64,000 bases of DNA from a virus (Duplodnaviria; Caudoviricetes), in the IMG/VR virus record IMGVR_UViG_3300042892_000699. One strand, 5' to 3'. Position 1 is the first letter of the stretch, and every line of letters begins with the position of its first letter. Position numbers and translations under genes: made by a program. Below, in pieces: positions 31,735-41,835 of this stretch. The notes beneath the pieces were generated by a model that saw only the letters and a program-made list of their open reading frames with translations, did no database searches and had not been told where the DNA came from.

Positions 31735-32166
31735 CTCTAATATCAATTCTATTTTTGCTCTAATAATTTTATTATTGAGACTATTCTTTACACCCTGGTG
31801 TAAAGGTTTTGGCCAGTTGTTAAAACTGCACCACGCATATCCTGCATGTTCGTTATTTAGATGTGGTTGAAATTCTTTTTCTACAATCACAACATAGGTA
31901 TTATACTGAAATTTTTGATCGTTGCTGGTAAACAACTCAAGAGGTACAGTTTTTTTAATACCAGATACTTTTCCAACTTCTTCTTCAATCTCTCGTTGTA
32001 ATGCTTCAAATGGCGTAGCATCAGTAGGCTCTTTCTTCCCGCCCACTAACCCCCATGTTCCTGCAGTTTTTCCTTGAGTTCTCTGTAGCAAGAGAAATCG
32101 TTTGGTATCTCTTGCTAAAAATAAACCGCCGCTACAAATAATTTGATTTAGAGTACTAGTCGCCAT
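31726..32166 (-). CDS. NUDIX hydrolase
   Basis: WGLVGGKKEPTDATPFEALQREIEEEVG Nudix box; NxEH..YAW. Confidence 0.9.
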   Translation of the reverse strand: MATSTLNQIICSGGLFLARDTKRFLLLQRTQGKTAGTWGLVGGKKEPTDATPFEALQREIEEEVGKVSGIKKTVPLELFTSNDQKFQYNTYVVIVEKEFQPHLNNEHAGYAWCSFNNWPKPLHQGVKNSLNNKIIRAKIELILELV

Positions 32167-33545
32167 AAACTTGAATCATACACACCTTCATAAGTTTTAG
32201 ACCATGCTTTCTGGTCCCACTTATATTGTGTTCCTGTATATGAATTAGTTATATAGACCACATTACTCTGTGTAGTAGAATTGAATACAATGTTCCATGC
32301 AACACCATCCCACTCGATGATGTCGTTTGCATGTGCTTGAAAATCGCTGTTATCAGCATTCTTCCATGCATCGGGACCGTCATACCCCGGAGTGTTATAT
32401 GCACTATTAATATTAATATCTTCTAAAATTAAAAATCTTTTGCCAGTTGCCACACCCGTAGGATTATAAGTTTCAGGATTAATAACTGCGTCAACGGTTC
32501 CTCTACCAGCTATTGTAGTATTGCTGGGAATAGTATCTGTATCAATGTTTAGTACCATAGAAGATTCGTCGCTAGGATCTAATCCTATATAAGCAACGAC
32601 TTCAGTATCATCAGGTTGATTAAATCTCAATTGACTCAATCCGGCCCTAAATTTACCAGGATGCAGATCTAACAACTTATGCCATGACACAATATTTCTA
32701 GGATCGGTAATATCTATGTTTTCGCCCTGACCGTTTTTATTAATCAATCTTGCTCGATTGTTTAATATTAATAGATCATAATTACCTGGAGTTACAGTAA
32801 TAGTAGCATCCGGACTTATTTCCCCAAAAACTTCTGCAGCACCTTCTTTATCATAAGCTGAATTAATTGTGCCGTGACCTACAGAATATACATTAGAAAT
32901 AATCTTTGTGATAATTCCTAATTTTTTAACTTTAGCGGGCGGGGTTATCCAAACAGGTGCTGTAAAATTCATTGTTAGTATATCAATATCTTCACTAACG
33001 CCCTGAGGGATTGTTCTTGAACTCCATGTTTGTCCTGTTAGATCCAACACACTTAGACTAGTCCAATCTACATAATTATCAGTTGTTTGAATTTCAAAGC
33101 TAGGATTGAATAATACTGAAATTTGTTCCCACAGTTGAAGTTTCATTTCTGTATTAGTAGTCCATATGTCTGCGGCAAAGGTAATTAACCAAGGACTGGG
33201 CATCATTCGTTCTACAGTATAATTGCTACCTTGTGTGTTTAGGTATTCTTGACCATCTTCATCCCAGTCACGTTCACGAACTTGGATCTTACTAACAAAC
33301 GTAGGATCCTGCATACGAGGACGATCGAACTGCAAGTCTTTAATGTAGCAGGCAATGAACGGAGCACTGGGAATAACGTTCTCGCTATTCTTTCTTAGGA
33401 TAGATGCAACTTGTCTGCTCATGTCCCCATATCGAACAGGTACTTGAACTAACTGCCCCTTAGTATCTTTGTAGGCAAAGTTACTCATTACATTTATAAA
33501 TTGTGTCAAGTATCTGCGTACTTGGCCGTCATAGAAGTGGTCCAT
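32148..33545 (-). CDS. Tail sheath stabiliser/terminator, T4 gp15-like with C-terminal extension
   Basis: HFYDGQVRRYLTQF...VPVRYG...QILxLFNP-like WEQISVLFNPSF; position next to neck genes. Confidence 0.65.
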   Translation of the reverse strand: MDHFYDGQVRRYLTQFINVMSNFAYKDTKGQLVQVPVRYGDMSRQVASILRKNSENVIPSAPFIACYIKDLQFDRPRMQDPTFVSKIQVRERDWDEDGQEYLNTQGSNYTVERMMPSPWLITFAADIWTTNTEMKLQLWEQISVLFNPSFEIQTTDNYVDWTSLSVLDLTGQTWSSRTIPQGVSEDIDILTMNFTAPVWITPPAKVKKLGIITKIISNVYSVGHGTINSAYDKEGAAEVFGEISPDATITVTPGNYDLLILNNRARLINKNGQGENIDITDPRNIVSWHKLLDLHPGKFRAGLSQLRFNQPDDTEVVAYIGLDPSDESSMVLNIDTDTIPSNTTIAGRGTVDAVINPETYNPTGVATGKRFLILEDININSAYNTPGYDGPDAWKNADNSDFQAHANDIIEWDGVAWNIVFNSTTQSNVVYITNSYTGTQYKWDQKAWSKTYEGVYDSSLWRLVL

Positions 33546-33546
33546 A

Positions 33547-34755
33547 TTAATTATCTGCTCTTGGTCTTAGTGCTTTGCTCAATGCTTGTTTCTCAACAAC
33601 GACTTCTCCAGCAATAGTAGCAGTGTTAGTGTTATTGATAAACGATGCCTTTTGTGTTCTTCTGACCTTTGTTGCATCAGTAGTCTGTGTTTCGCCTGTC
33701 TGACTAACAGTCATGCGTACATTATCTTCAAACTTAATCCAGTGTCTTCCGTCATACCTAAATAGTCTATTAGGCAAATAATCAGTTCTTAAATAAAACT
33801 GTCCGTTGACGGGTGAAGTAGGAAACTGTATACCAAAGCCATACGGAGCGCCGTTAGGTGGAACTCCGTCCCCTGTAAGGTATCCTACATAATAATTGTG
33901 ATCTGGAGAATTTAAAACTATACTTGCATCAAAAGAAGGATTGTCAACACTAACATCTAGATCTGTATTTGAAACATCTGCAACGTCTAATGTTTCTGCA
34001 TTTTTCATAGGAACAACGTACAGATGTTCTGTATCATACCCACTTCGACCGACATCTGCTTCTGCCTGTGCAATAATTTGATTATTAATATCAATACTAG
34101 TTTGGACATTAGAAATTAAATCTCTAATCGTACTACCAGTCGCATCTCCATTAGCATCGATAAGTTCTTTGTCAAGTATTTCTTTAAATTCTTGTGTATC
34201 AACTAACGGCTGACATTTAGCACGTAGTAGGTGCGGATACCATGTCTGACTATACCCGCTTGCTGGACGAGTAACTTCGCTAATAACATAGAACCGCTTT
34301 AGTGCAACTGCATCGTCACCTAATGCATACTCGTCTTTTTGGTGTGGTAGTTCAATAACATCACCTGCCATTAATTTCCTACCTATTGCATCGAATGTTC
34401 CACGTAAATGGAACGTAACCATAATATTGTCATTCTGTAAGAATAAACCAAATTGACTTAGATTAAAGTCAATATCTTGTAATGTATAAATTCCACGCAA
34501 AATATAAACATCTGGATCGTAATGACGATCTCTATTTTCCATGAATAATAAATCTTGTATACCGAGTTCAGGAACGCTTGAGCCGCTTTGATCAGGAGTA
34601 GTGGGAGTAGCATCACCGGCTTCTGGTGCAACTGGTCCTAGGTATTTGTGCAAGAAAACATCAGTTCCGCCTACTTGGAACTGTTCGTTAATTGCACGAT
34701 CTAAAAATCTAAAATCATTGCCCTTTTCGGGACGGTATAAGGATAAGCGTGGCAT
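33547..34755 (-). CDS. Neck/head-closure protein, T4 gp14-like
   Basis: Lies between gp15-like and gp13-like genes; DLLFxENRDR, FDLSQFGL and GDVIELPH segments; homology is inferred from context. Confidence 0.5.
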   Translation of the reverse strand: MPRLSLYRPEKGNDFRFLDRAINEQFQVGGTDVFLHKYLGPVAPEAGDATPTTPDQSGSSVPELGIQDLLFMENRDRHYDPDVYILRGIYTLQDIDFNLSQFGLFLQNDNIMVTFHLRGTFDAIGRKLMAGDVIELPHQKDEYALGDDAVALKRFYVISEVTRPASGYSQTWYPHLLRAKCQPLVDTQEFKEILDKELIDANGDATGSTIRDLISNVQTSIDINNQIIAQAEADVGRSGYDTEHLYVVPMKNAETLDVADVSNTDLDVSVDNPSFDASIVLNSPDHNYYVGYLTGDGVPPNGAPYGFGIQFPTSPVNGQFYLRTDYLPNRLFRYDGRHWIKFEDNVRMTVSQTGETQTTDATKVRRTQKASFINNTNTATIAGEVVVEKQALSKALRPRADN

Positions 34756-34762
34756 AGTCTTG

Positions 34763-34778
34763 TATTTATGGCTAAATA
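34763..34778. promoter_or_regulatory. Back-to-back late promoters (TATTTA 34763-34768 minus; TAAATA 34773-34778 plus)
   Basis: 28-nt gap between divergent start codons contains the motif once on each strand, 7 and 5 nt before the ATGs. Confidence 0.75.
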
Positions 34779-34783
34779 TCAGT

Positions 34784-35542
34784 ATGACTGAAAACGAAAA
34801 CGAACGACAAAAGGTAATAGATTACTGCAAGACCATGCTGGGAGATGGCATGATCGATGTAGAACTAGATCCTGTACATTACAACACTGCAATTGACCGT
34901 GCCTTAAACAAGTTTCGTCAACGCAGTAGTAACGCGGTAGAAGAAAGTTATGCATTTTTAACAGTGGAAGTTGATAAAAATGACTATACGCTGCCACCAG
35001 AAGTAATGGCTGTGCGTCAAATCTTTAGACGCAGTATTGGTTCTAGGTCAGGCGGTGGACAAGGTGGTACGCTGTTCGAACCGTTTAATCTTGCGTATTC
35101 TAATACTTACTTGTTGACTGCTACAAACATGGGTGGCCTAGCCACTTATTATGCCTTTGCAAGCTATCAAAAACAAGTGGGCAAAATGTTTGGCAGTGAG
35201 ATAAACTTCACTTACAATAAAACTACCAAAAAGTTAACCCTAATGCAACGTCCTAGATCAGAGGAAGAAGTGCTGTTATGGGTATATAACTATCGTCCTG
35301 ACTTTAATCTATTGCAGGACCCTTTTGCTAATCAATGGCTCAAAGACTATTCATTAGCTACCTGCAAATCGATGTTGGGAGAAGCTCGTGAGAAGTTTAA
35401 TCAGATTGCTAGTCCACAAGGCGGCACCGCTCTAAACGGAACTGCCCTAAAAGGAGAAGGCAAAGCTGAAATGGAAATGCTAGAGCTAGATCTAGTAAAT
35501 TACAAAGACGGCGGAACACCACTTACTTTTGTAATTGGCTAA
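34784..35542 (+). CDS. Neck protein, T4 gp13-like (start corrected to ATG 34784)
   Basis: YCKTMLGDGMIDVELD...AIDRAL and WLKDYSLATCKSMLGEAREKF...PQGGTALNG pattern of gp13 family. Confidence 0.75.
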   Translation: MTENENERQKVIDYCKTMLGDGMIDVELDPVHYNTAIDRALNKFRQRSSNAVEESYAFLTVEVDKNDYTLPPEVMAVRQIFRRSIGSRSGGGQGGTLFEPFNLAYSNTYLLTATNMGGLATYYAFASYQKQVGKMFGSEINFTYNKTTKKLTLMQRPRSEEEVLLWVYNYRPDFNLLQDPFANQWLKDYSLATCKSMLGEAREKFNQIASPQGGTALNGTALKGEGKAEMEMLELDLVNYKDGGTPLTFVIG

Positions 35543-35550
35543 TAAAAATA

Positions 35551-35579
35551 TTGACAGAGTAATCTAAATGTAATAAATT
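35551..35579 (+). promoter_or_regulatory. Sigma70-type promoter
   Basis: TTGACA-N17-TAAATT, then SD agggga before ATG 35599. Confidence 0.7.
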
Positions 35580-35598
35580 ATAACATCTAGGGGATGTT

Positions 35599-36255
35599 AT
35601 GATCATTGGCTTTGTTGGGTTTATAGGGTCGGGCAAAGATACTGCCGCAGATTATCTAGTTAATACACACGGGTTTAGAAGAGACTCATTTGCAAATACA
35701 TTAAAAGACGCGGTTGCAGCCGTATTTGGTTGGGACCGCGTTCTGTTGGAAGGGCGTACAAAAGAAGCCCGGGAATGGCGAGAACAAGTAGACCCGTGGT
35801 GGGCTGAACGTTTAGATATGCCCAAATTAACTCCACGTTGGGTTCTACAATATTGGGGTACAGAAGTATGTCGTACAGGGTTTCATGATGACATTTGGAT
35901 TGCTTCTGTAGAAAACAAAATGCGTAAAACTACTGATAATATCGTTATTAGCGATGTGCGATTTCCTAATGAAATCAAAGCAATTCATAATGCAGGCGGT
36001 ATAGTAGTGCGTATCAAGCGCGGTGAAGAACCCGAATGGTATGATGCAGCAGTTAGTGCAAATTCTGGTCCAAATGGCAATGCTACTTGGAGTCTAAGTA
36101 AGGCTAAATTAGCGCAACTTAAAATTCACGCAAGTGAAACAGCATGGGTCGGTGGCGCAATTGACCACACTGTGTATAACAACACCACCATTGACGCACT
36201 GTTTGAACAAATTAAAAGTCTGGTCGAAGATCGCCTTGTCGCCACGGCAATTTAA
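35599..36255 (+). CDS. Deoxynucleoside monophosphate kinase (T4 gp1-like)
   Basis: GFIGSGKDT P-loop, SFAxxLKD, RxxLQxxGTE, ISDVRFPNE. Confidence 0.92.
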   Translation: MIIGFVGFIGSGKDTAADYLVNTHGFRRDSFANTLKDAVAAVFGWDRVLLEGRTKEAREWREQVDPWWAERLDMPKLTPRWVLQYWGTEVCRTGFHDDIWIASVENKMRKTTDNIVISDVRFPNEIKAIHNAGGIVVRIKRGEEPEWYDAAVSANSGPNGNATWSLSKAKLAQLKIHASETAWVGGAIDHTVYNNTTIDALFEQIKSLVEDRLVATAI

Positions 36256-36547
36256 GTTTATGTAATAATCGTTGACAGTTAGCGCATACTGTTTTTAGAT
36301 TAGTATATCTACAGTTGGTAAGATCTCCGTCAACGTGAAACACATTAAATTGTTCTAGATATTTCGAAGTAAAGCTGCATTTATCACATGTGGCTTTTTT
36401 CTTGTAGCCTGCTCTAGCCCATAATGGGGTACCTTCTCCCCTTTCTCTAGCACAATGATCGCACTTTGACCTATAGAATGGCTTGCCTTCCTTATAGTAG
36501 TTGATAGCAACCGGTCGTTGATTGCACTTTTTACATAAATCTCTCAT
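36212..36547 (-). CDS. Zn-binding HNH-like protein, 111 aa
   Basis: CxxC x3 plus HVDGDLTNCRYTNLKTVCANCQRLLH; own late promoter and SD. Confidence 0.7.
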   Translation of the reverse strand: MRDLCKKCNQRPVAINYYKEGKPFYRSKCDHCARERGEGTPLWARAGYKKKATCDKCSFTSKYLEQFNVFHVDGDLTNCRYTNLKTVCANCQRLLHKLKLPWRQGDLRPDF

Positions 36548-36577
36548 CTTGCGCCCTTTTAATTGCCCTTTTCTTTG

Positions 36578-36615
36578 TATTTAATACCGGGAAAAAACAG
36601 CCAAACCGCTAAATA
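36578..36615. promoter_or_regulatory. Divergent late promoter pair (TATTTA 36578-36583 minus; TAAATA 36610-36615 plus)
   Basis: One motif per strand in the gap between HNH-like gene and tail sheath. Confidence 0.65.
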
Positions 36616-36649
36616 ATTTAAAGTAAAAATCCATTTAGGAGATCAGGTA

Positions 36650-39604
36650 ATGGCAACATTGAATTCACCAGGCGTACAAGTAACCGTAATCGATGAGAGT
36701 TTTTATACTCCATCAGCCCCAGGCACAGTGCCTATGGTATTTGTAGCGTCTGCACAAGATAAAACAAACCCTAGCGGTACAACCGCATTGGGTACAACCG
36801 CAGCAAATGCAGGTAAAGTTTGGTTGATTACAAGTCAACGAGATTTAACTGACACATTTGGTACTCCGGTTTTCTATACTGATGCTAGCAGTAATCCACA
36901 GCACGGTAATGAACTTAACGAGTACGGACTGCAAGCCACTTATAGTCTTTTAGGCGCAAGCTCGAGAGCGTACATTGTACGTGCTGATCTTGATTTAGGT
37001 GAACTAGTTCCAACTAGCAGCGTACCAGAAGGTAATCCTGTAGCAGGAACATACTGGCTAGATACAGATGCTAGCCTATATGGTGTTAAAGAATGGGACG
37101 CAAGTACATTGAAATTTACTTCTAAAACTCCTATAGTGTTAGATGATACTTCTCCTGCTTCTAGCTTCAGCGGTACAGCACCTTCAAACTCTATCGGTTC
37201 TAAAGGAGACTTTTGTATTGTTGTTACAAACGATAATGCAAACACTCTTTACAGAAAATCTTCCGGTAATGCATGGGTAGCAGTTCAAGATTCTTTTGAC
37301 AGCGGTAAGAGATATGTTGCTGCTCCTCACTATTCTTACCCAGTATTCAACGCTAGTACAGCAACTGGTTCTGTATGGGTTACTACAACAACTCCATCAA
37401 ACGGTGCAAACTGGAGCGTAAAATATTATAACGGTTCTACACAAGACTGGAGCACAGTATCTGCTCCTATCTACAGTGGCGTCAACGAAGCAAACAGAAC
37501 ATTAGATCCTAACGGTGGCGGAACAAGCGTTGGCGTAGGTACATTGTTTGTTGATAGTAATATCAGCGATGCAACAACTGCAACCAGCACTTTCAAAGTG
37601 TGGAGAAAAGCAGTTGCAGGTGTAACGTCAGTTACAGGTTCTGCAACAACAAATGCTTCAACAGGATCACATACATTTACTATTAGAGAAAGTAGAAATA
37701 CAACCACTAACTACAGTGCTTCTTATACAATCACTTTAGCTGGTACTACATCTTCTATCCTAGCATCTTTAATTCCAGCTGCTATCAGTGGATCACAATT
37801 ACAGTATGTTACTGCATCATGGGATTCTACAAACAACAAGTTAACAATGGCACACAGCCAGGGTGGTAACTTTGAAATGGTAGACGGCACAAGTAACCCA
37901 TTAACAAAGATCGGATTTACAGCGTATGATGTAGTATTGCAATCAGGAACACCTAATCTATACACATCGCCTGCCGGAACTGGGCTAGTTGCAACTAACT
38001 GGAAACCTTTGGTTTACGAAGCAAGAGCAACTGCTCCTACAACAGATCCAGCTGACGGAGCATTATGGTACAGCAGTGTTGTTGACGAAGTCGATGTGTT
38101 ATATCACAACGGAACAACATGGGTTAGCTATCGAGATGCTACGGCATTTCCTAACACAAGCCCCAACGGTCCTATTGTTAGCGCAACTGAACCAGATGCA
38201 GCTACTGGTCAAAGCGACGGAACTCAACTAGACACAGGTGACGTCTGGATCAGCACAGCTAATCTAGAAAGATTTGGTAAAGACATTTACGTTTACAGCA
38301 CAACTAACGGATGGGTTTTACAAGACACCACTGATCAGTCTACTCCTGACGGATGGTTGTTTGCTGATGCACGTTGGGCAACATCTGGCAGTGCAACAGC
38401 ACCTAGTACAATTGAAGCCTTACTAGCCAGCAACTACTTAGATCCAGATGCACCAGATCCAGCAATATATCCAAAAGGCATGCGCCTATGGAACACTCGC
38501 CGCAGTGGATTTAACGTTAAGAAATACATTGTAGGACATTTAAATCTAAATGCTAACAATGAACAAAACACTCGTTTCAACAACCAGTCTATGACTTCGT
38601 ATGTTGCTGATCGTTGGGTAAGTCAATATCCAACAGCGGAAGACGGTAGTCCACAGTTTGGTCGTTTGGCACAGAGAGCACAAGTTGTAAATGCATTCAA
38701 AGAACTAATTGATTCTAACTCAACAATTCGTGACACTGATACATTAAACTTCAACTTGCTAGCAACACCAGGCTACCCGGAAGCTATTCAGAACATGATT
38801 GCATTCAATACCGATCGTGGCGTTACTGCATTTGTAGTAGGTGATACTCCATTCCGTTTAGCACCAACTGGCACAGCACTAAGCAACTGGGGTAATAACA
38901 CCGCCCTTGCATTAGACAACGGTGATGCTGGCGCAACAAGTTTTGACGAATACATGGCTATGTACTACCCAAGTGGCTTCACTAACGATAACACTGGCAA
39001 CAGTATTGTTGTTCCACCAAGCCACATGATGCTACGTACAATCATTAACAGTGATGCTAAGAGCTATCCATGGTTTGCTCCAGCAGGTACACGTCGTGGC
39101 GGAGTTGACAATGCCAGCAGCGTTGGATATGTTGATGCAGAAGGTGAATTCAGAACCGTTGCACTACACCAAGGACTACGTGATGTACTTGATGATGTTA
39201 AGATTAATCCAATTGCAACACTAACAGGTGTCGGAGTTTTAGCGTATGGTCAACGTACTCGTGCAAGAAATGCTTCATCATTAGATAGAATTAACGTTGC
39301 TCGTTTAGTTTGCTACCTACGTAGACAGCTTGATGTTTTAGCAAGACCGTTCTTGTTTGAACCTAATGATGCTCAAACACGTAGAGAAATTAAAGCAGCA
39401 GCAGAAAGCCTAATGTTAGAGTTAGTAGGTCAACGTGCCCTATATGACTTTATTGTAGTCTGTGATGAAACAAATAACACACCAGCAAGAATTGATCGCA
39501 GTGAGTTGTATGTTGATATTGCTATTGAACCAGTTAAGGCCGTGGAATTTATCTACATTCCATTACGCTTGAAAAATACTGGCGATATTGCAGCTGGACT
39601 ATAA
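36650..39604 (+). CDS. gp18: Tail sheath protein, 984 aa
   Basis: SPGVQVTVIDES N-terminus; WFAPAGxxRG, INPI, RINVARLV, FLFEPND, LYVDIAIEPVKAVEFIYI C-terminus; SD aggag. Confidence 0.95.
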   Translation: MATLNSPGVQVTVIDESFYTPSAPGTVPMVFVASAQDKTNPSGTTALGTTAANAGKVWLITSQRDLTDTFGTPVFYTDASSNPQHGNELNEYGLQATYSLLGASSRAYIVRADLDLGELVPTSSVPEGNPVAGTYWLDTDASLYGVKEWDASTLKFTSKTPIVLDDTSPASSFSGTAPSNSIGSKGDFCIVVTNDNANTLYRKSSGNAWVAVQDSFDSGKRYVAAPHYSYPVFNASTATGSVWVTTTTPSNGANWSVKYYNGSTQDWSTVSAPIYSGVNEANRTLDPNGGGTSVGVGTLFVDSNISDATTATSTFKVWRKAVAGVTSVTGSATTNASTGSHTFTIRESRNTTTNYSASYTITLAGTTSSILASLIPAAISGSQLQYVTASWDSTNNKLTMAHSQGGNFEMVDGTSNPLTKIGFTAYDVVLQSGTPNLYTSPAGTGLVATNWKPLVYEARATAPTTDPADGALWYSSVVDEVDVLYHNGTTWVSYRDATAFPNTSPNGPIVSATEPDAATGQSDGTQLDTGDVWISTANLERFGKDIYVYSTTNGWVLQDTTDQSTPDGWLFADARWATSGSATAPSTIEALLASNYLDPDAPDPAIYPKGMRLWNTRRSGFNVKKYIVGHLNLNANNEQNTRFNNQSMTSYVADRWVSQYPTAEDGSPQFGRLAQRAQVVNAFKELIDSNSTIRDTDTLNFNLLATPGYPEAIQNMIAFNTDRGVTAFVVGDTPFRLAPTGTALSNWGNNTALALDNGDAGATSFDEYMAMYYPSGFTNDNTGNSIVVPPSHMMLRTIINSDAKSYPWFAPAGTRRGGVDNASSVGYVDAEGEFRTVALHQGLRDVLDDVKINPIATLTGVGVLAYGQRTRARNASSLDRINVARLVCYLRRQLDVLARPFLFEPNDAQTRREIKAAAESLMLELVGQRALYDFIVVCDETNNTPARIDRSELYVDIAIEPVKAVEFIYIPLRLKNTGDIAAGL

Positions 39605-39608
39605 TAGG

Positions 39609-39614
39609 TAAATA
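39609..39614 (+). promoter_or_regulatory. T4-like late promoter core
   Basis: ggTAAATAaa then SD aaggag before tail tube gene. Confidence 0.65.
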
Positions 39615-39635
39615 AAAGAATAAGGAGCATTAAAG

Positions 39636-40283
39636 ATGCCAATTGCAAGTTTAAATAGATTCACAGTACCGTTGAGCGCCACACAGGCAGCATCAACTCA
39701 GGGTCTGTTGATGCCAAAATTAAAGTACCGCTTCCGCGTTACATTAGACAATTTCGGTGTCCAGGGTACTCCTTCTACTGAATTAACTAAACAAGTTATG
39801 ACAGTAAGCAGACCTAGCGTTAGTTTCACAACAGTTGAACTACCTGTATATAACAGCACTGTAAAAATTGCTGGTAAGCACAAGTGGGAAGACGCTGAAC
39901 TAAAATTACGCGATGACGCAAGTGGAGTTGTAAGCAAGAAAGTAGGCGAGCAACTTCAGAAGCAGTTTGACTTTTTTGAACAAAGTGCGGCAGCAAGCGC
40001 AATCGATTATAAGTTTAGAATGCGAGTTGAAATTTTAGATGGTGGTAACGGACAATTTGAACCTGTTACACTAGAAAGTTTTGAATTTCTAGGATGCTGG
40101 GTAACTAAAGCAACATATCAAGGCGGAGACTACTCAAGTAACGACCCAATGGATGTTACGTTAGGTATCTGTTATGATAATGCAATTCAATTAGAAGCAC
40201 CAGGCGGCACAGCAAGCGGTATCGGCTTAGATGTAGGTCGTGTTGTAAGACCAGCTGGCGCTCAAGGACTAGCTACAGGTTAA
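39636..40283 (+). CDS. gp19: Tail tube protein
   Basis: Follows sheath; PKLKYRFRV, V.RPSV, KIAGKHKWED..L.LRDD pattern. Confidence 0.8.
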   Translation: MPIASLNRFTVPLSATQAASTQGLLMPKLKYRFRVTLDNFGVQGTPSTELTKQVMTVSRPSVSFTTVELPVYNSTVKIAGKHKWEDAELKLRDDASGVVSKKVGEQLQKQFDFFEQSAAASAIDYKFRMRVEILDGGNGQFEPVTLESFEFLGCWVTKATYQGGDYSSNDPMDVTLGICYDNAIQLEAPGGTASGIGLDVGRVVRPAGAQGLATG

Positions 40284-40303
40284 TAGTTTTATTGACTATA
40301 ATC

Positions 40304-40330
40304 AAGCCCAGAATATCTGGGCTTTTTCTT
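40304..40330 (+). terminator. Intrinsic terminator
   Basis: aagcccag-aatat-ctgggctt then tttctt after tube gene. Confidence 0.8.
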
Positions 40331-40334
40331 TGAC

Positions 40335-40340
40335 TAAATA
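40335..40340 (+). promoter_or_regulatory. Late promoter core, 5 nt before ATG
   Basis: cTAAATAttcatATG, no SD. Confidence 0.7.
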
Positions 40341-40345
40341 TTCAT

Positions 40346-41470
40346 ATGAGTAATGCCTTTAATAATTTTCTAACATCTTCTAACTCTAGTTATACCTCCG
40401 GGTACCCTGTGATGAAGGACTATCAACATGCTAGTCGATTGTATGTTGATAGTACATATGCAAGGGCCCCAAAATTTGGGTTTATCTATTTTGTACAAAT
40501 TAATTTAAATTCTGATGCAATTATTGATCAACAATGGTTAAGTCAGCGAGGTAGTAAAGACGTAGGATTGCTTGCAAAGAAAACAGATTTACCTAGATTT
40601 ACAGTAGCCACTGAAACTGTAAATCAATATAATAGAAAAACAGTAGTTCAAACAAAATTAACATACTCGCCTATTACAATAGAACTACACGATGACAACA
40701 GTAACCTAACACATAATCTATGGTTAAATTATTTTAAACATTATTATGCAGACAGCAACTATGGTGATCTAGATTCAGGTACTGTTAAGGCTAGAACAAG
40801 CCCTGAGGCCTTTAGAGATACAAAATATGGAACTATAGATTATACATACGGACGTTACGATAGAGGACTAAAAGATAATCAGTTTATCAAGTCCATTGAC
40901 ATCTATGTTCTTCATCAAAAGAAATTCACACAATATACTTTAATTAATCCACTTATAACTGAATGGGCACATGATAACGTTGCTCAGAGTGACGGTGGTA
41001 AAATTTTACAAAATAAGATGCAGGTATCTTATGAAACAGTGATATATAAAACTGGGGCAGTTAACCCTGGAAAGTCTCCCGAGACATGGATTCCTATTTA
41101 CTACGACAACACTCCTAGTCCTTATGGAGTTAAAGGAGATCCGTTTCCCGAGAAGAAAATTGTTTACAGGCCTCCTGCAAATTCAAATCCATTATTAGAT
41201 ATTGCTAAAATTTTAGCAAAGAATTATATTAACAAAAATGGTTTAGGGAAAGCAAAGGGCGTGGGCTACAATATTGCATCAAGCGCACTAGGTGCAATAT
41301 CTGCAACTAGTCCCGGAAAATACTCAAGCCCACCTAGTACTCAAAATCAACCCGGAATTTTTAACTTGCCCGGAGGTATCGGGATAAACATATTCAAAGG
41401 TTTCAATACCAGTGTTGATGGAAAAATTAGAGCAAATCCTGCAGCCATCATATTCCCACCTAAGAGATAA
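40346..41470 (+). CDS. Tail-tube-like baseplate protein (gp54/gp48-like), 374 aa
   Basis: DLPRFTV...NQYNRK...YSPITIELHDD resembles the tube fold of the preceding gene. Confidence 0.55.
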   Translation: MSNAFNNFLTSSNSSYTSGYPVMKDYQHASRLYVDSTYARAPKFGFIYFVQINLNSDAIIDQQWLSQRGSKDVGLLAKKTDLPRFTVATETVNQYNRKTVVQTKLTYSPITIELHDDNSNLTHNLWLNYFKHYYADSNYGDLDSGTVKARTSPEAFRDTKYGTIDYTYGRYDRGLKDNQFIKSIDIYVLHQKKFTQYTLINPLITEWAHDNVAQSDGGKILQNKMQVSYETVIYKTGAVNPGKSPETWIPIYYDNTPSPYGVKGDPFPEKKIVYRPPANSNPLLDIAKILAKNYINKNGLGKAKGVGYNIASSALGAISATSPGKYSSPPSTQNQPGIFNLPGGIGINIFKGFNTSVDGKIRANPAAIIFPPKR

Positions 41471-41472
41471 TT

Positions 41473-41835
41473 ATGAATTATTCTAACATTCCTGTATCGA
41501 ATACTACAAATCAAACTGTAATTGCATTTGATAACAAGTATACATCTCCAGTAGAGATAGATGCAACTGTATTTGCCGCAATGAAGGGATATTTTACAAA
41601 TAAAAGTTTTGGTGAAGTGTCTGCAGAATCAATTGCTGTTATTTTAATAACACAGGCAAAACAAGATGGTTATAATCCTATGCAAATCTTAGATACCCTA
41701 AGAGGATTAAATGACGTAGAACTATCGGGGCTTGTATCTGAAATCTTAAATTACAATAGATTTAAAACAAGTAGTCTAGGTTACGCACAAGAATTTAAAA
41801 CAAATCCCGAAATACAACGAAACATAATTGCATGA
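41473..41835 (+). CDS. Hypothetical (probably structural) protein, 120 aa
   Basis: Tight packing in late operon, ATGA overlap with next gene. Confidence 0.6.
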   Translation: MNYSNIPVSNTTNQTVIAFDNKYTSPVEIDATVFAAMKGYFTNKSFGEVSAESIAVILITQAKQDGYNPMQILDTLRGLNDVELSGLVSEILNYNRFKTSSLGYAQEFKTNPEIQRNIIA

